A stretch of DNA of 64,000 nucleotides from an uncultured SAR86 cluster bacterium (GTDB lineage: Bacteria; Pseudomonadota; Gammaproteobacteria; Magnimaribacterales; D2472): NCBI GenBank assembly GCA_902547295.1, contig CACCNJ010000006.1, positions 2,678-66,677 on the forward strand, written 5' to 3'. The translations under genes were made by a program, and so were the position numbers. The first letter of the stretch is position 1, and the number at the start of each line of letters is the position of its first letter. A model generated the notes under the pieces. It was not told where the DNA came from and did not search any database. It saw nothing but the letters and a program-made list of their open reading frames with translations. Of the stretch, positions 19,270 through 29,132 are shown piece by piece.

Positions 19270-19580
19270 TCAGTTATATTTCTTTCTAAGAAAATAGCTG
19301 CGTCTTTTATTCCACCAAGATTTGTAACATCTTCGTATCCAAGGTCAATTAAAATGTCAGTAGCATTTTGAGATCTTCTTCCACTTCTGCAATATAAATA
19401 TATTTTTTGATCTTTTTTAACCTCATCAGTTATTGAAGATATTATTTGCCATTCAACATTGGATGATTCTTCGATATGGCCTTCCTTGAACTCTTCAGGC
19501 GTTCTTACATCAATTACAATAAACTCATTTGCAATAGTATTAATGCCAAATAATATTAAAGAAATATAAAAAATCTTCAT
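19266..19580 (-). CDS. exported single-domain rhodanese (sulfurtransferase)
   Basis: Signal peptide. Active-site loop CRSGRRS. ATGA overlap with the patatin start. Confidence 0.8.
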   Translation of the reverse strand: MKIFYISLILFGINTIANEFIVIDVRTPEEFKEGHIEESSNVEWQIISSITDEVKKDQKIYLYCRSGRRSQNATDILIDLGYEDVTNLGGIKDAAIFLERNITE

Positions 19581-19586
19581 TTGAAT

Positions 19587-21290
19587 TTACTCCCAATCAC
19601 TTAAGATCATATCAGAGGCTTTTTCACCAATCATAATTGTAGGTGCGTTTGTGTTTCCACCAATTAAGGTTGGCATTATTGAAGCATCAACAACTCTTAA
19701 ACTTTCTATACCATGAACCTTTAATTTATTGTCAACAACCGCCATTTCATCATATCCCATTTTACATGTGCCTACAGGATGATAGACTGTATCAGCATCT
19801 TCTCTTATTGCCTGCTCAATATCTTTGTCATCGTCTAAATTTATAGGTCGTTGCGTATGACTTGAGGTATATTTTCCTACAGGATCTTTATTTAAAATAC
19901 TCATCATTTTTTTATAGCCAGCAACAAGATCTTTCACATCATCAGGATGAGATAAAAACTTTGGATCTATTAGTGGATCATCCAAAGGGTCTGCTGAATT
20001 TAAAGTGACTTCACCTCTTGATTTTGGTCTTAATAAACATACGTGACAACTCAGGCCGTGACCCCAAACGGATGTTCTTCCATGATCAATTACCATTGCC
20101 GGCGCAAAATGTAATTGAATATCTGGAATATTTTTTTCATCACTTGATTTAATAAAACCTCCAGCTTCAGCAACGGTTGATGTAAACATTCCAACTTTTG
20201 CAAAAATATATTTAAGAATTTCTAAAGGGAATTTGTAAAAAATCGACTTAAGAGAAAAGCCTATTAATTCTATAGAGTTATATTTATGAATAGAAAGATA
20301 ATCAATATGATCTTGAAGGTTCTTTCCAACTCCTGGCAACTCATGAATGTGCTGAATATTATGTTTAAGAATTTCTTCAGATGGTCCCACACCTGATCTC
20401 AATAATATTTGTGGAGAACCAAATGCGCCTGAGCATAGAATAACTTCTTTGGTTGCATTGATTGTGACTAGTTCACCGGCTTCGTTTAAGCACTCAACAC
20501 CAACTGCTTTTTTATTTTCAAAAATAATTTTATTTACATTGGTGTCTGTCATAACTGTTAAGTTTCCTCTATCAAGTGAGGGAACAAGATATGCTTTTGC
20601 TGCACTACAACGCTTTCCATCTTTTTGAGTAGTTTGATAATATCCAATACCTTCTTGATTTTCTCCATTAAAGTCATCGTTATAACCAAATATTTCTGAT
20701 CCTGTTTCAACAAAATCGTCTGTAGGAGTATTTTGATTCCGAATCTTGCAGACATTTAGAGGACCATTTTGTCCATGATAATGGTCATTAAATACCTCAT
20801 TGTGTTCAGCTCTTTTAAAATAAGGTAACACTTCATTGTATGACCAACCTTGATTCCCTAATTCAGACCAATGATCATAGTCCCACTTGTGGCCTCTTAC
20901 ATATAACATTGCATTAATAGAACTTGAACCACCCAATGTTTTTCCTCTTGGCTGAAATCCCTTTCTATGCTCCATTGATTCAGTTTCAACTTTATGAGTG
21001 CCGCCTGCAGAATCAACAACCTCTTGAACAGGCTGAGCAACTACTTCTTTCTCAAATTCTTTTTGAGGAACAGTTTCATAGTTCCAGCTATATTTACTTC
21101 CATCACCTAAAAATGCAAAACCAATTGGTATATGAATTCTAGGATCACTATCTTTTGATCCTGCTTCAATCAAACAGACTTTAAAGTTAGGATTTTTACT
21201 TAACTTATTAGCGAGAACACATCCTGCAGAACCAGCACCCAAAATAACAAAGTCATATTTTTCCACTTTAAAATTTCTCCAAAAAATCAA
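19587..21290 (-). CDS. GMC-family FAD oxidoreductase (choline/alcohol dehydrogenase-like)
   Basis: DFVILGAGSAGCVLANKLS FAD fold, GKTLGGSSSINAM and C-terminal HPVGTCKMG motifs. Confidence 0.9.
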   Translation of the reverse strand: MIFWRNFKVEKYDFVILGAGSAGCVLANKLSKNPNFKVCLIEAGSKDSDPRIHIPIGFAFLGDGSKYSWNYETVPQKEFEKEVVAQPVQEVVDSAGGTHKVETESMEHRKGFQPRGKTLGGSSSINAMLYVRGHKWDYDHWSELGNQGWSYNEVLPYFKRAEHNEVFNDHYHGQNGPLNVCKIRNQNTPTDDFVETGSEIFGYNDDFNGENQEGIGYYQTTQKDGKRCSAAKAYLVPSLDRGNLTVMTDTNVNKIIFENKKAVGVECLNEAGELVTINATKEVILCSGAFGSPQILLRSGVGPSEEILKHNIQHIHELPGVGKNLQDHIDYLSIHKYNSIELIGFSLKSIFYKFPLEILKYIFAKVGMFTSTVAEAGGFIKSSDEKNIPDIQLHFAPAMVIDHGRTSVWGHGLSCHVCLLRPKSRGEVTLNSADPLDDPLIDPKFLSHPDDVKDLVAGYKKMMSILNKDPVGKYTSSHTQRPINLDDDKDIEQAIREDADTVYHPVGTCKMGYDEMAVVDNKLKVHGIESLRVVDASIMPTLIGGNTNAPTIMIGEKASDMILSDWE

Positions 21291-21350
21291 ACTATGTATT
21301 AAGTTTATGATTTAGAATCATAGCTGTAAACTTAGTTTATAAATTTTTAT

Positions 21351-22100
21351 ATGAATACATTTTATATATTATCGTTTATATGGGTTCTTATTGGCATTGG
21401 AACCTTTGCGTATTTATTTTTTGAAAGTGCTCCATACGGACGTCATATTAAAGATGGTTGGGGAATAGAAATACCAGCTCGGCTTGGATGGGTTGTAATG
21501 GAGTCGCCATGTGTGATTTTGATGATAATTTATGCCTTAATTGTTAGAGATCAGCTTCAAATAATTCACAAAATATTCCTTGTAATTTGGTTATCTCATT
21601 ACATTCACAGAACCTTTATCTACCCGTTTTTGATTGAAATGACTAATCCTAAAATGCCTATCTCAATTGCATTTTCAGCTTTCTTTTTTAATCTCGTAAA
21701 TGTAAGCATTCAAGCCTTTGGTATTTTTTATTTCACGCAATATTCTGAAAATTGGATTTCAAGTCCAGCATTTATTGTAGGATTATCAATTTTCTTACTT
21801 GGGATGTATATCAATATTAGATCTGATTACATAATAATGGGAATGAAAAAAAAGAAAGGGCCTGGTTACCATATTCCGAATGCATTTTTATATAAATACT
21901 TATCAGCGCCTAATTATTTTGGAGAAATAATAGAATGGTTAGGATGGGCTGTATTAACTTGGAGTTTATCAGGAATTGTGTTTTTAATTTGGGTAATTGC
22001 AAACCTTTTCCCGAGAGCTTTATCACATCACAAATGGTATAAAGAAAAATTCAGTGATTATCCAAAAAATAGGAAAGCTATTATTCCAGGTATTATTTAA
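21351..22100 (+). CDS. 3-oxo-5-alpha-steroid 4-dehydrogenase (SRD5A) family membrane reductase
   Basis: C-terminal PNYFGEIIEWLGWAVLTWSL....HHKWYKEKFSDYPKNRKAIIPGII closely parallels the steroid 5-alpha-reductase signature. Confidence 0.85.
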   Translation: MNTFYILSFIWVLIGIGTFAYLFFESAPYGRHIKDGWGIEIPARLGWVVMESPCVILMIIYALIVRDQLQIIHKIFLVIWLSHYIHRTFIYPFLIEMTNPKMPISIAFSAFFFNLVNVSIQAFGIFYFTQYSENWISSPAFIVGLSIFLLGMYINIRSDYIIMGMKKKKGPGYHIPNAFLYKYLSAPNYFGEIIEWLGWAVLTWSLSGIVFLIWVIANLFPRALSHHKWYKEKFSDYPKNRKAIIPGII

Positions 22101-23100
22101 TTAATCCTAATTCTCTTATTTGCTCAGCGATTTCTACTATAGATTCTTCAGCTGGTCTTGGTTTCCACCCAAGAATATCCTTAGCGTTTGTTGCATCCCT
22201 AACACTTCTTACTCTTCCAACATATGGAAGAGAAAATCTTAATTCTTTACTAAAAACTGCAAGTAAAGGAGTAATCCATGCTGGAACACTATATTTTGGT
22301 GCTTTATTAAAACCATTAGCTCTTAAGATTTTTGCAACATCCTTATACCATAGATCTTTTTCGCTTAAAGCAAATCTTTTCCCATTGCTATTTGGATTTT
22401 GCATTGCAAGTATATGTGCAGCAGCAACATCTCTAACATCTACGTATCCAAATTGAATTGGAACCCCGACTGGCATTTTTCCAGTTGCAACCAGTTCAAT
22501 AGCTTTATTTGATTCTCCAATATCTCCTGACAATGATGGACCAATCACCAAGGCAGGATTTATTACCGCAAGTTCAAAGGGATTATTTTCTTCTTTAACA
22601 AAATCCCAGGCTGCCATTTCTGCAAGTGTTTTACTTTTTGCATAATGATTAATAGTATCTTTGTTTGGATCTGACCAGTCGCTTTCATCGTAGTATTCCT
22701 TTAAGACAGTTGTTTCAAAAATTGCAGCCACTGAGGATGTAAGAACTACCTTTTTTACATTATGTTTTTTTGCAAATTTTAAAGCTCTTTTTGCACCAGA
22801 TACTGCTGGTCCAACAAAAAATTCCTCGCCATGATTGGCTAATGCCAAAGGGGATGCAACATGCATTAAATAATCGCAACCTTCCATACCTTCATCCCAT
22901 CCATCATCTTCTGTGAGATTAAAAGTAAAAATTTGAAGATTGTCTGTAGGAGTATTATATTTTTGTAGAGCATCATATATCTCATTTTTTCTTTCAGGTG
23001 ATCTTACTGAACCGTTAACAGCGTAACCCTGATCAAGAAGTTGCTGAATACAATGCAAGCCAATATAACCTGTTGCTCCTGTTACTAAAACTTTTTCCAT
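22093..23100 (-). CDS. NAD(P)-dependent extended SDR (dihydroflavonol-4-reductase / 3-beta-HSD-like)
   Basis: VLVTGATGYIGLH Rossmann motif and YAKSK catalytic YxxxK. Confidence 0.8.
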   Translation of the reverse strand: MEKVLVTGATGYIGLHCIQQLLDQGYAVNGSVRSPERKNEIYDALQKYNTPTDNLQIFTFNLTEDDGWDEGMEGCDYLMHVASPLALANHGEEFFVGPAVSGAKRALKFAKKHNVKKVVLTSSVAAIFETTVLKEYYDESDWSDPNKDTINHYAKSKTLAEMAAWDFVKEENNPFELAVINPALVIGPSLSGDIGESNKAIELVATGKMPVGVPIQFGYVDVRDVAAAHILAMQNPNSNGKRFALSEKDLWYKDVAKILRANGFNKAPKYSVPAWITPLLAVFSKELRFSLPYVGRVRSVRDATNAKDILGWKPRPAEESIVEIAEQIRELGLIK

Positions 23101-23114
23101 ATAAAATATCTAAA

Positions 23115-24473
23115 TTATTGAGTGTCTAAATTATATCTCGATTTTTCAATTGCAGACGCATATTCTATGATTAACTTATCATTCCAGCGATCTCCAATAA
23201 TTGAAATTCCAACAGGAAACTTATTAATTTCAAAGTAAGGAATTGTTATGTGAGGCATTCCATTGTGCGCAGCATACCCTCCGCTACCAAATTGAGGTGA
23301 GTCATTCATAGCAACATAGTCTCCTCCATCATAATTTATTTTCCATGCAGGACCTCTTGTCAGACCAATAAAGGCATCTAAATCATATTTTTCTAAAAGA
23401 TCTTTTGTGGACTTGTAAGATTTATTTAATTTGTATTTAGACCATAAATATTTTAGATAGCTTGTACTTTCAACAGATTTATAAAAAATGTCTTGCCCGA
23501 AATATGGCATAACAATATCTTTATTTTTAATATTGAAATCAATAATGTCCGTAATTTGTTTCATTGAAGAATTAGTATTTTTTAGATATTCTTCCAGCCC
23601 TACTCTAAACTCATAGAGAAGAACATAATACTCAGCATCGCCAGGATAATCCCTATCGTCATTTATTAAAATTACTTCACCGCCTAAAGAATTAACAATA
23701 TCTTTTATTTTTTTATGTAATTTAATTACTTGTGGATTTGAGTTTTCTGAATCCAACAAGCCTAATCGAACCCCTTTGAGAGAAATATTCTTTGTTACGC
23801 TTGAAAAATTAAAATCAAAATTAGATGGAATTAAAGAAGTTGCAGGATCATCTTCATCATATCCTGAAATAACTTCTAATGTTTTTGCAACTATATCAAC
23901 ACTTGTACCCATGGGCCCAGCTGTATCTTGTGAAGATGATATTGGAACAATACCAGATCTACTAACCAAGCCTGTAGTTGGCTTCATGCCAACAATTCCG
24001 TTTACAGATGATGGACATGAGATTGATCCATTTGTCTCAGTGCCAATAGCAATATCTACAATCCCCATAGAAACAGCAACAGCAGATCCCGAGCTAGAGC
24101 CACAAGGATTATAAATATTATCAAGATAATGTTTCGTTTGACCGCCCAAACTTGACCATCCACTAACCGAATCTTCAGATCTAAAGTTTGCCCATTCGGA
24201 TAAATTTGCTTTACCAAGAATATAATAATTTGCTCTTTTTAATTTATCTATTATGAAAGCGTCCGATTTTGCAATATTATCTTTTAGTGCCAAAGATCCT
24301 GCAGATGTAACTTTGCCACCAATATCGATATTATCTTTAATAACAATATTAATTAAGTTTATGTCATTTGGATTATCGTAAATTTCAATTAAAGAATTCT
24401 TTTCATCGAAAGATGCGTTAACAGTTACTAAAAAAAATAATAAAAAAATATACAAATTTAACTTTTTGAACAT
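23115..24473 (-). CDS. exported amidase (amidase-signature family)
   Basis: Signal peptide. AS-family motif GSSSGSAVAV and GTETNGSIxxPS. Confidence 0.8.
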   Translation of the reverse strand: MFKKLNLYIFLLFFLVTVNASFDEKNSLIEIYDNPNDINLINIVIKDNIDIGGKVTSAGSLALKDNIAKSDAFIIDKLKRANYYILGKANLSEWANFRSEDSVSGWSSLGGQTKHYLDNIYNPCGSSSGSAVAVSMGIVDIAIGTETNGSISCPSSVNGIVGMKPTTGLVSRSGIVPISSSQDTAGPMGTSVDIVAKTLEVISGYDEDDPATSLIPSNFDFNFSSVTKNISLKGVRLGLLDSENSNPQVIKLHKKIKDIVNSLGGEVILINDDRDYPGDAEYYVLLYEFRVGLEEYLKNTNSSMKQITDIIDFNIKNKDIVMPYFGQDIFYKSVESTSYLKYLWSKYKLNKSYKSTKDLLEKYDLDAFIGLTRGPAWKINYDGGDYVAMNDSPQFGSGGYAAHNGMPHITIPYFEINKFPVGISIIGDRWNDKLIIEYASAIEKSRYNLDTQ

Positions 24474-24486
24474 CTCAATCTAAAAG

Positions 24487-25572
24487 TTATTCTAAAGCTT
24501 CTTTCACTCCTGGATGAACAATTGTTCCATCAAGAATATTTAGACCATTCCTCAAATGCTCATCAGAATCTAGAGCATTTTGAATACCATTATTTGCAAG
24601 ATTTTCAACATATGAAAGTGAAACTTTATTCAGTGCTTCAGTAGCTGTCAATGGAACTGCTCCAGGCATGTTAGTTACACAATAGTGAACAATGTCATTC
24701 TCTAAAAATGTAGGACTGTCATGAGTAGTTGGTTTGCTTGTCTCAAAACATCCACCCTGGTCTATAGAAACATCAACCATTACAGTGCCCGGATTCATCG
24801 AAGATAACATATCTTTAGTAACTACCTTAGGGGCTTCCTTACCTACAACATATACACTTCCAATTACCAGATCAGATTCATTAACAGAAACCTGAATTGA
24901 ATCCTTCGTTGAAAGGATATATTCAACATTATCTGTTCCATATTTATATTTAAGATCATCGAGTTTTGATTGAGAGGAATCAACAACTTTTACTAGTGCC
25001 CTATTGTCAATTGCCTTCAAAATCGACTGTGTGCCTGCAACACCAGCACCAATAACCGTAACTACTCTTGGATCCATATCATCCATATGACCAATCATGA
25101 CACCCTTTCCTTTATTATGCTTAAGGAGATGATAAGAGCCAACAACAAATGCAAGTTGTCCTGCAATAGTACTCATTGGAGCAAGCAATGGCATGGATCC
25201 ATCTGATGAGGTGACTGTTTCATAAGCAATACCTGTTACACCGGTATCAATTAATTTTTTTGCGTTTTCAGGATCTCCAGCAAGATGTAAATATGTGAAA
25301 AGTGTTAGATCACTATTTAAAAACTTATACTCATCAGGAATTGGCTCTTTAACTTTTACTACCATTTCAGAAGATTTATAAACTTCTTCAGCAGAATCAA
25401 TTATTTTTGCACCAGCGTTTTGGTATTGATCGTTAAAAAATCCAATGTTTGCACCAGCGTTATTTTGTATTAAAACATCATGGCCAGAATCTACTATTTT
25501 CTTAACTGAATGAGGTGTTAAACCTACTCGATTTTCGTTATTTTTGACTTCGATTGGAACTCCAATAATCAT
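24487..25572 (-). CDS. ald: alanine dehydrogenase
   Basis: MIIGVPIEVKNNENRVGLTP N-terminus, VIGAGVAGT NAD motif and DVSIDQGG. Confidence 0.9.
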   Translation of the reverse strand: MIIGVPIEVKNNENRVGLTPHSVKKIVDSGHDVLIQNNAGANIGFFNDQYQNAGAKIIDSAEEVYKSSEMVVKVKEPIPDEYKFLNSDLTLFTYLHLAGDPENAKKLIDTGVTGIAYETVTSSDGSMPLLAPMSTIAGQLAFVVGSYHLLKHNKGKGVMIGHMDDMDPRVVTVIGAGVAGTQSILKAIDNRALVKVVDSSQSKLDDLKYKYGTDNVEYILSTKDSIQVSVNESDLVIGSVYVVGKEAPKVVTKDMLSSMNPGTVMVDVSIDQGGCFETSKPTTHDSPTFLENDIVHYCVTNMPGAVPLTATEALNKVSLSYVENLANNGIQNALDSDEHLRNGLNILDGTIVHPGVKEALE

Positions 25573-25591
25573 AATATGTAGAATGTACCAT

Positions 25592-25620
25592 AAAAAAAAG
25601 AAGCTGCGTAAAGCAGCTTC
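25592..25620 (-). terminator. intrinsic terminator of the 25638-26492 gene
   Basis: GAAGCTGC-N5-GCAGCTTC followed by U8 on the minus strand. Confidence 0.7.
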
Positions 25621-25637
25621 AATTTTTTATCTTTTAC

Positions 25638-26492
25638 TTAGTCTCTTGAAGTAAAATCTGGCATGAAGTCTTTTGCATCGCTGTTGTAAAATGTCCAACT
25701 ATGATAAACATCTGCCACTTCAGCACATGTTGCAAATTCACTAAATAATGGAAACATTTCATCCCTAACATCTTTTTCAAATGATTCAGTTGCTTTGTCC
25801 ATAGAATCCTTACCATCTGTAAAGTTAGCCCATAAGAAATCAATGTCAGCTTCTACATGAGAACCATCCTCATTTTTATGTGCAAAATAATTTCCAAATG
25901 AATAGTTTGTATCACTGTAATCAGAATTGCTTACCGCGTTTACAAAACCTGGTAAAAATTCCTCAGCATCTGCTCTAGTTGAGTCTTCGATATAATTACA
26001 TTGATAAAATTCACTGTAAAAGTATCCACTCTCGTTAGTGCTTCCATAAGTGCCTGGTGCAATTGGATAGTCAGCATCGAAAGAATTTCTTCCCTCACCA
26101 TCACACACCATTACACTTGAATATTCCTCAGCCCAAGCTTGTGCATCTTCATTATCAACCCAAGCACTCCACTCTGCACTAGCTTCTTCTTCTGAGCTCC
26201 AATTTAGTTCCCACCATAGAGTATCACCGAATGCATTTGTTTCAGCTGCAGGAACATACCCCCATGCACCTAAGAGCGAATCTGCTGTAATCATTTTTTG
26301 CCAGTCAGCTATCATCTTCATTGCATTTTCAGCATTAAAATCTGATCCAGCTGTACATGCCATAAATTCAGCATAGGCTTTACCACCACCAGCGTTATCT
26401 GATGATGACTCAACAGCCATCTCATTTGAGCAACTTGCAATAAATAAAGCTCCAATCACACTAGCTAATACTAGTTTATTTTTATTTAACAT
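25638..26492 (-). CDS. lipoprotein of unknown function, tandem repeat (paralog family member 3)
   Basis: Lipobox IASC. Acidic and Trp-rich. Its module pattern is shared with the 9915 ORF (AE[YF]..C/S..G.D....M..W.K; VP......D..W). Confidence 0.6.
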   Translation of the reverse strand: MLNKNKLVLASVIGALFIASCSNEMAVESSSDNAGGGKAYAEFMACTAGSDFNAENAMKMIADWQKMITADSLLGAWGYVPAAETNAFGDTLWWELNWSSEEEASAEWSAWVDNEDAQAWAEEYSSVMVCDGEGRNSFDADYPIAPGTYGSTNESGYFYSEFYQCNYIEDSTRADAEEFLPGFVNAVSNSDYSDTNYSFGNYFAHKNEDGSHVEADIDFLWANFTDGKDSMDKATESFEKDVRDEMFPLFSEFATCAEVADVYHSWTFYNSDAKDFMPDFTSRD

Positions 26493-26516
26493 ATTTTTCT
26501 CCTCTGTATATGTTTC

Positions 26517-26882
26517 TTATGATTCAACATGGAACAATTTTGTATAAATTCTCCATGTATTATCTTTTTTTAAAAAAGAGAATGAATCAATAAAGATCAT
26601 TCCCAAGTATGCCTCTCTAATTTGAACAATTGCTGTATCGCCAACAATTTCACATGAAATTATTTCAAGAAATTCTTTATCGCCTTTTTCTTTTGGCGAG
26701 GGTTGTTGAGCTGAAACAAATTCTGAAAACTCATCTAAATTCATTTCATGTAGTCCGTCAGGTAAGTATCCTGAAATCATGGCATTTTTATCAAAAGCCT
26801 CTTTAATTTTGTTTGAATCAGATTCACAACATCCCGCATAATAAACATCAATACAATTTTCAATTTGTTCTTTATCGCTCAT
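26517..26882 (-). CDS. NTF2-like (SnoaL/lumazine-binding-like) small protein
   Basis: 121 aa. Pattern and size are typical of NTF2-fold proteins. Starts 1 nt from the upstream stop. Confidence 0.5.
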   Translation of the reverse strand: MSDKEQIENCIDVYYAGCCESDSNKIKEAFDKNAMISGYLPDGLHEMNLDEFSEFVSAQQPSPKEKGDKEFLEIISCEIVGDTAIVQIREAYLGMIFIDSFSFLKKDNTWRIYTKLFHVES

Positions 26883-27313
26883 TATTTATTCTTCCTTTGA
26901 AATCCATTCATTAGAGTTCTATGGTCATTTGTGTAGGCTTCCATAGCATTTTTTAGATCATCATTTGTATCACCAAGAACTTGAAAGCTCTTTACAATAA
27001 AAGTTTCAAGAAACTTATCCCTGTGAGGCGCCTCTGCAAAAGCATTCATATGAAATATAGCGTCCTCATTTGAATGATATACCTCCATTAAAGATACATT
27101 TTTTTTGTCCTCTGAAATCCAATATTTGTAATACATTGTCTTCGGTTCAGTCTCATTAACAGCAGCTACTAAATAATCTACAAATTCTTCAACACCATCC
27201 GATTTTCCATCAGCAATTTCTAAATCCAAATAAAAAATTATTGGATTCTTTTCATGATGCATACCAAATAGTAGGCCTGGTAATATTAAAACTGACAAAA
27301 ATAAACTTTTCAT
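26882..27313 (-). CDS. exported ABM-domain (antibiotic biosynthesis monooxygenase-like) protein
   Basis: Signal peptide. Ferredoxin-like ABM pattern (YLDLEI...MEVYHSNEDAIFHMN). Confidence 0.5.
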   Translation of the reverse strand: MKSLFLSVLILPGLLFGMHHEKNPIIFYLDLEIADGKSDGVEEFVDYLVAAVNETEPKTMYYKYWISEDKKNVSLMEVYHSNEDAIFHMNAFAEAPHRDKFLETFIVKSFQVLGDTNDDLKNAMEAYTNDHRTLMNGFQRKNK

Positions 27314-27408
27314 ATCGAACTCCTCTAGTTATAAGATACTACTATATTTGTGATATTTCGATATTTTTATGTTTAAAATATATCAATATTTTTATATAAC
27401 TTTTAAAA

Positions 27409-27804
27409 ATGAGTAAAGCAAAAAATTTAATCCATAAATGGCACGAAGTCATTGAAAGTGATGATCTTAAAATGTTAGATGAGATTATTGCTGATGACGC
27501 TGTATTTTCATCACCGGTTGTCTTTAAGCCAATGGAAGGTAAAGAAATTACAATGATGTATCTTCATGCTGCAGGTCAGTCTTTTAATATGGAAAAGTTT
27601 AAATATACTAGAGAAATTCATGATGATATGAATTCCGTATTAGAGTTTGAAACATATATAGATGACATTTCAGTAAATGGTGTTGATATGATTGAATGGA
27701 ATGAAGACGGCAAAATAAGCAACTTTAAAGTCATGATTAGACCGTTCAAAGCAGTTCAAAAAGTCCAAGAAAAAATGATAGAGGCTTTAGATAGTCTTAG
27801 TTAG
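27409..27804 (+). CDS. NTF2-like (SnoaL-type) small protein
   Basis: 131 aa, with a WHEVIESDD...DDAVFSSPV pattern typical of SnoaL-like proteins. Confidence 0.5.
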   Translation: MSKAKNLIHKWHEVIESDDLKMLDEIIADDAVFSSPVVFKPMEGKEITMMYLHAAGQSFNMEKFKYTREIHDDMNSVLEFETYIDDISVNGVDMIEWNEDGKISNFKVMIRPFKAVQKVQEKMIEALDSLS

Positions 27805-28046
27805 CTTTTATCTTTAGGTCTTGATTCATTTACAACCAGCTCTCTTCCATCAACTTCAGTTCCGTTTAATGCTTCGATAGCAGCTTCTGCGCCATCGCTC
27901 ATTTCAACAAATCCAAAGCCTCTTGAACGACCAGTTGCTCTGTCTGTAATAATTTTTGCAGAATCGACTGTGCCGTATTCAGCAAAAACGTTTTCTAGAT
28001 CTTGGTCTGTTAATCCCCAAGAAATATTTCCGACATATATATTCAT
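27801..28046 (-). CDS. RRM-type RNA-binding protein
   Basis: RNP-2 IYVGNI and RNP-1 RGFGFVEM motifs. Length 81 aa. Confidence 0.9.
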   Translation of the reverse strand: MNIYVGNISWGLTDQDLENVFAEYGTVDSAKIITDRATGRSRGFGFVEMSDGAEAAIEALNGTEVDGRELVVNESRPKDKS

Positions 28047-28112
28047 TATTTATCCTAAATGAGAAAATCAAATCTTACATTAAATATAGGGATAATAGTA
28101 AAAAAATTTAAC

Positions 28113-28223
28113 TTAATTTACGTATCCAAAATAAACAAATATTGACCATAGAGAAAAATAAATTATTGCACCGACTGATAATCCAATAATTAAAGTGGAT
28201 ATTTTTGTAAATAATTTGTTCAT
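28113..28223 (-). CDS. possible 36-aa hydrophobic peptide (MNKLFTKISTLIIGLSVGAIIYFSLWSIFVYFGYVN)
   Basis: Uninterrupted ATG...TAA ORF in an otherwise unassigned 211-nt gap, with a single predicted TM span. No homology evidence. Confidence 0.25.
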   Translation of the reverse strand: MNKLFTKISTLIIGLSVGAIIYFSLWSIFVYFGYVN

Positions 28224-28257
28224 TCGCTTATAGTATCAAAAGTTATACTATGAAACT

Positions 28258-28545
28258 ATGAAGATTGACTGGATATTAATTGGCTGGATTATTGACATGA
28301 TTTTAAATGGAGTTGTGTGGCTTGTTATTGTTGCTTTAGCTCTTCCGCTAATTGACAAGACTGATAAATGGACAAGAAAAGCTGTTAAATTAATGGGCAG
28401 TGCTGATGATTTTATAAGAAAAGTTTTAGAAGATTTCTTTGAGTTGGTTGAAAAAAAGAATTTACAAATTCTGGCAGCTTTTATATTAATGATTATTTTA
28501 GGTGTCCTAGCCCAAATTGGCTTAATACCAAAATTAATAACTTGA
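28258..28545 (+). CDS. small membrane protein of unknown function (2 TM)
   Basis: 95-aa ORF with two hydrophobic helices flanking a charged loop. Confidence 0.4.
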   Translation: MKIDWILIGWIIDMILNGVVWLVIVALALPLIDKTDKWTRKAVKLMGSADDFIRKVLEDFFELVEKKNLQILAAFILMIILGVLAQIGLIPKLIT

Positions 28546-28566
28546 TAAGTTCATTTTCGAAAAAAA

Positions 28567-29019
28567 TTATTTCCAAGTCCCGTATTCACTTCTTCCTTTT
28601 CTTCTCAATCCGAAAGGACCAGCAATAAAAATTGTAATTGGCTTGATGCCTGGCTCTAAGTCGACTCGGTGTAAATTGTCAGCACTTCTAAAACCTACAT
28701 AAAATCTTCCACGCCATTTTCTTTCTTTTTTAATGTTTGTCTCCCAATAACCGCCACTTAAAATAAATGTAATATATGGACAAGGGTGATTATGCAGTCC
28801 AACTCCATGGTCATTATCAATAATACGATGAATGAATATATTGAAAGGAAACCATTTTGGTCTTTTTCTAAATAGCAAATAATACCTGTCAGTCCATGGT
28901 TTAGCTAAGTGATATTCTGGGTGTGAAGGACCCCTGTCCAACACTACTCTTTTTCGTCCTAATTTCTCTAAAATCTTCAGAAAAAACATATAAATAATAA
29001 TGCCATAGCAGTTTGTCAA
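28567..29019 (-). CDS. hypothetical protein, possible cupin-like metal site
   Basis: GLHNHPCPYITFILSGGYWE and NLHRV resemble cupin motifs 1 and 2. The true start may be the internal Met at 28989. Confidence 0.4.
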   Translation of the reverse strand: MTNCYGIIIYMFFLKILEKLGRKRVVLDRGPSHPEYHLAKPWTDRYYLLFRKRPKWFPFNIFIHRIIDNDHGVGLHNHPCPYITFILSGGYWETNIKKERKWRGRFYVGFRSADNLHRVDLEPGIKPITIFIAGPFGLRRKGRSEYGTWK

Positions 29020-29132
29020 AATAAAATAGATTGTTTAGGATAATTATTGTGAATAATTGGGTTAATTGGGTTATCTTTGGTTGCTTAGCAATATATATTT
29101 TTGTATATATAGTTAAACTGGCATACAGCTAG

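Noticed and set aside
25634-25843. Same-strand overlapping ORFs 25634-25843 (within the lipoprotein gene) and 59595-59777 (within nrdB).
   Set aside because: These are alternative frames of clearly coding regions, with no independent signals.
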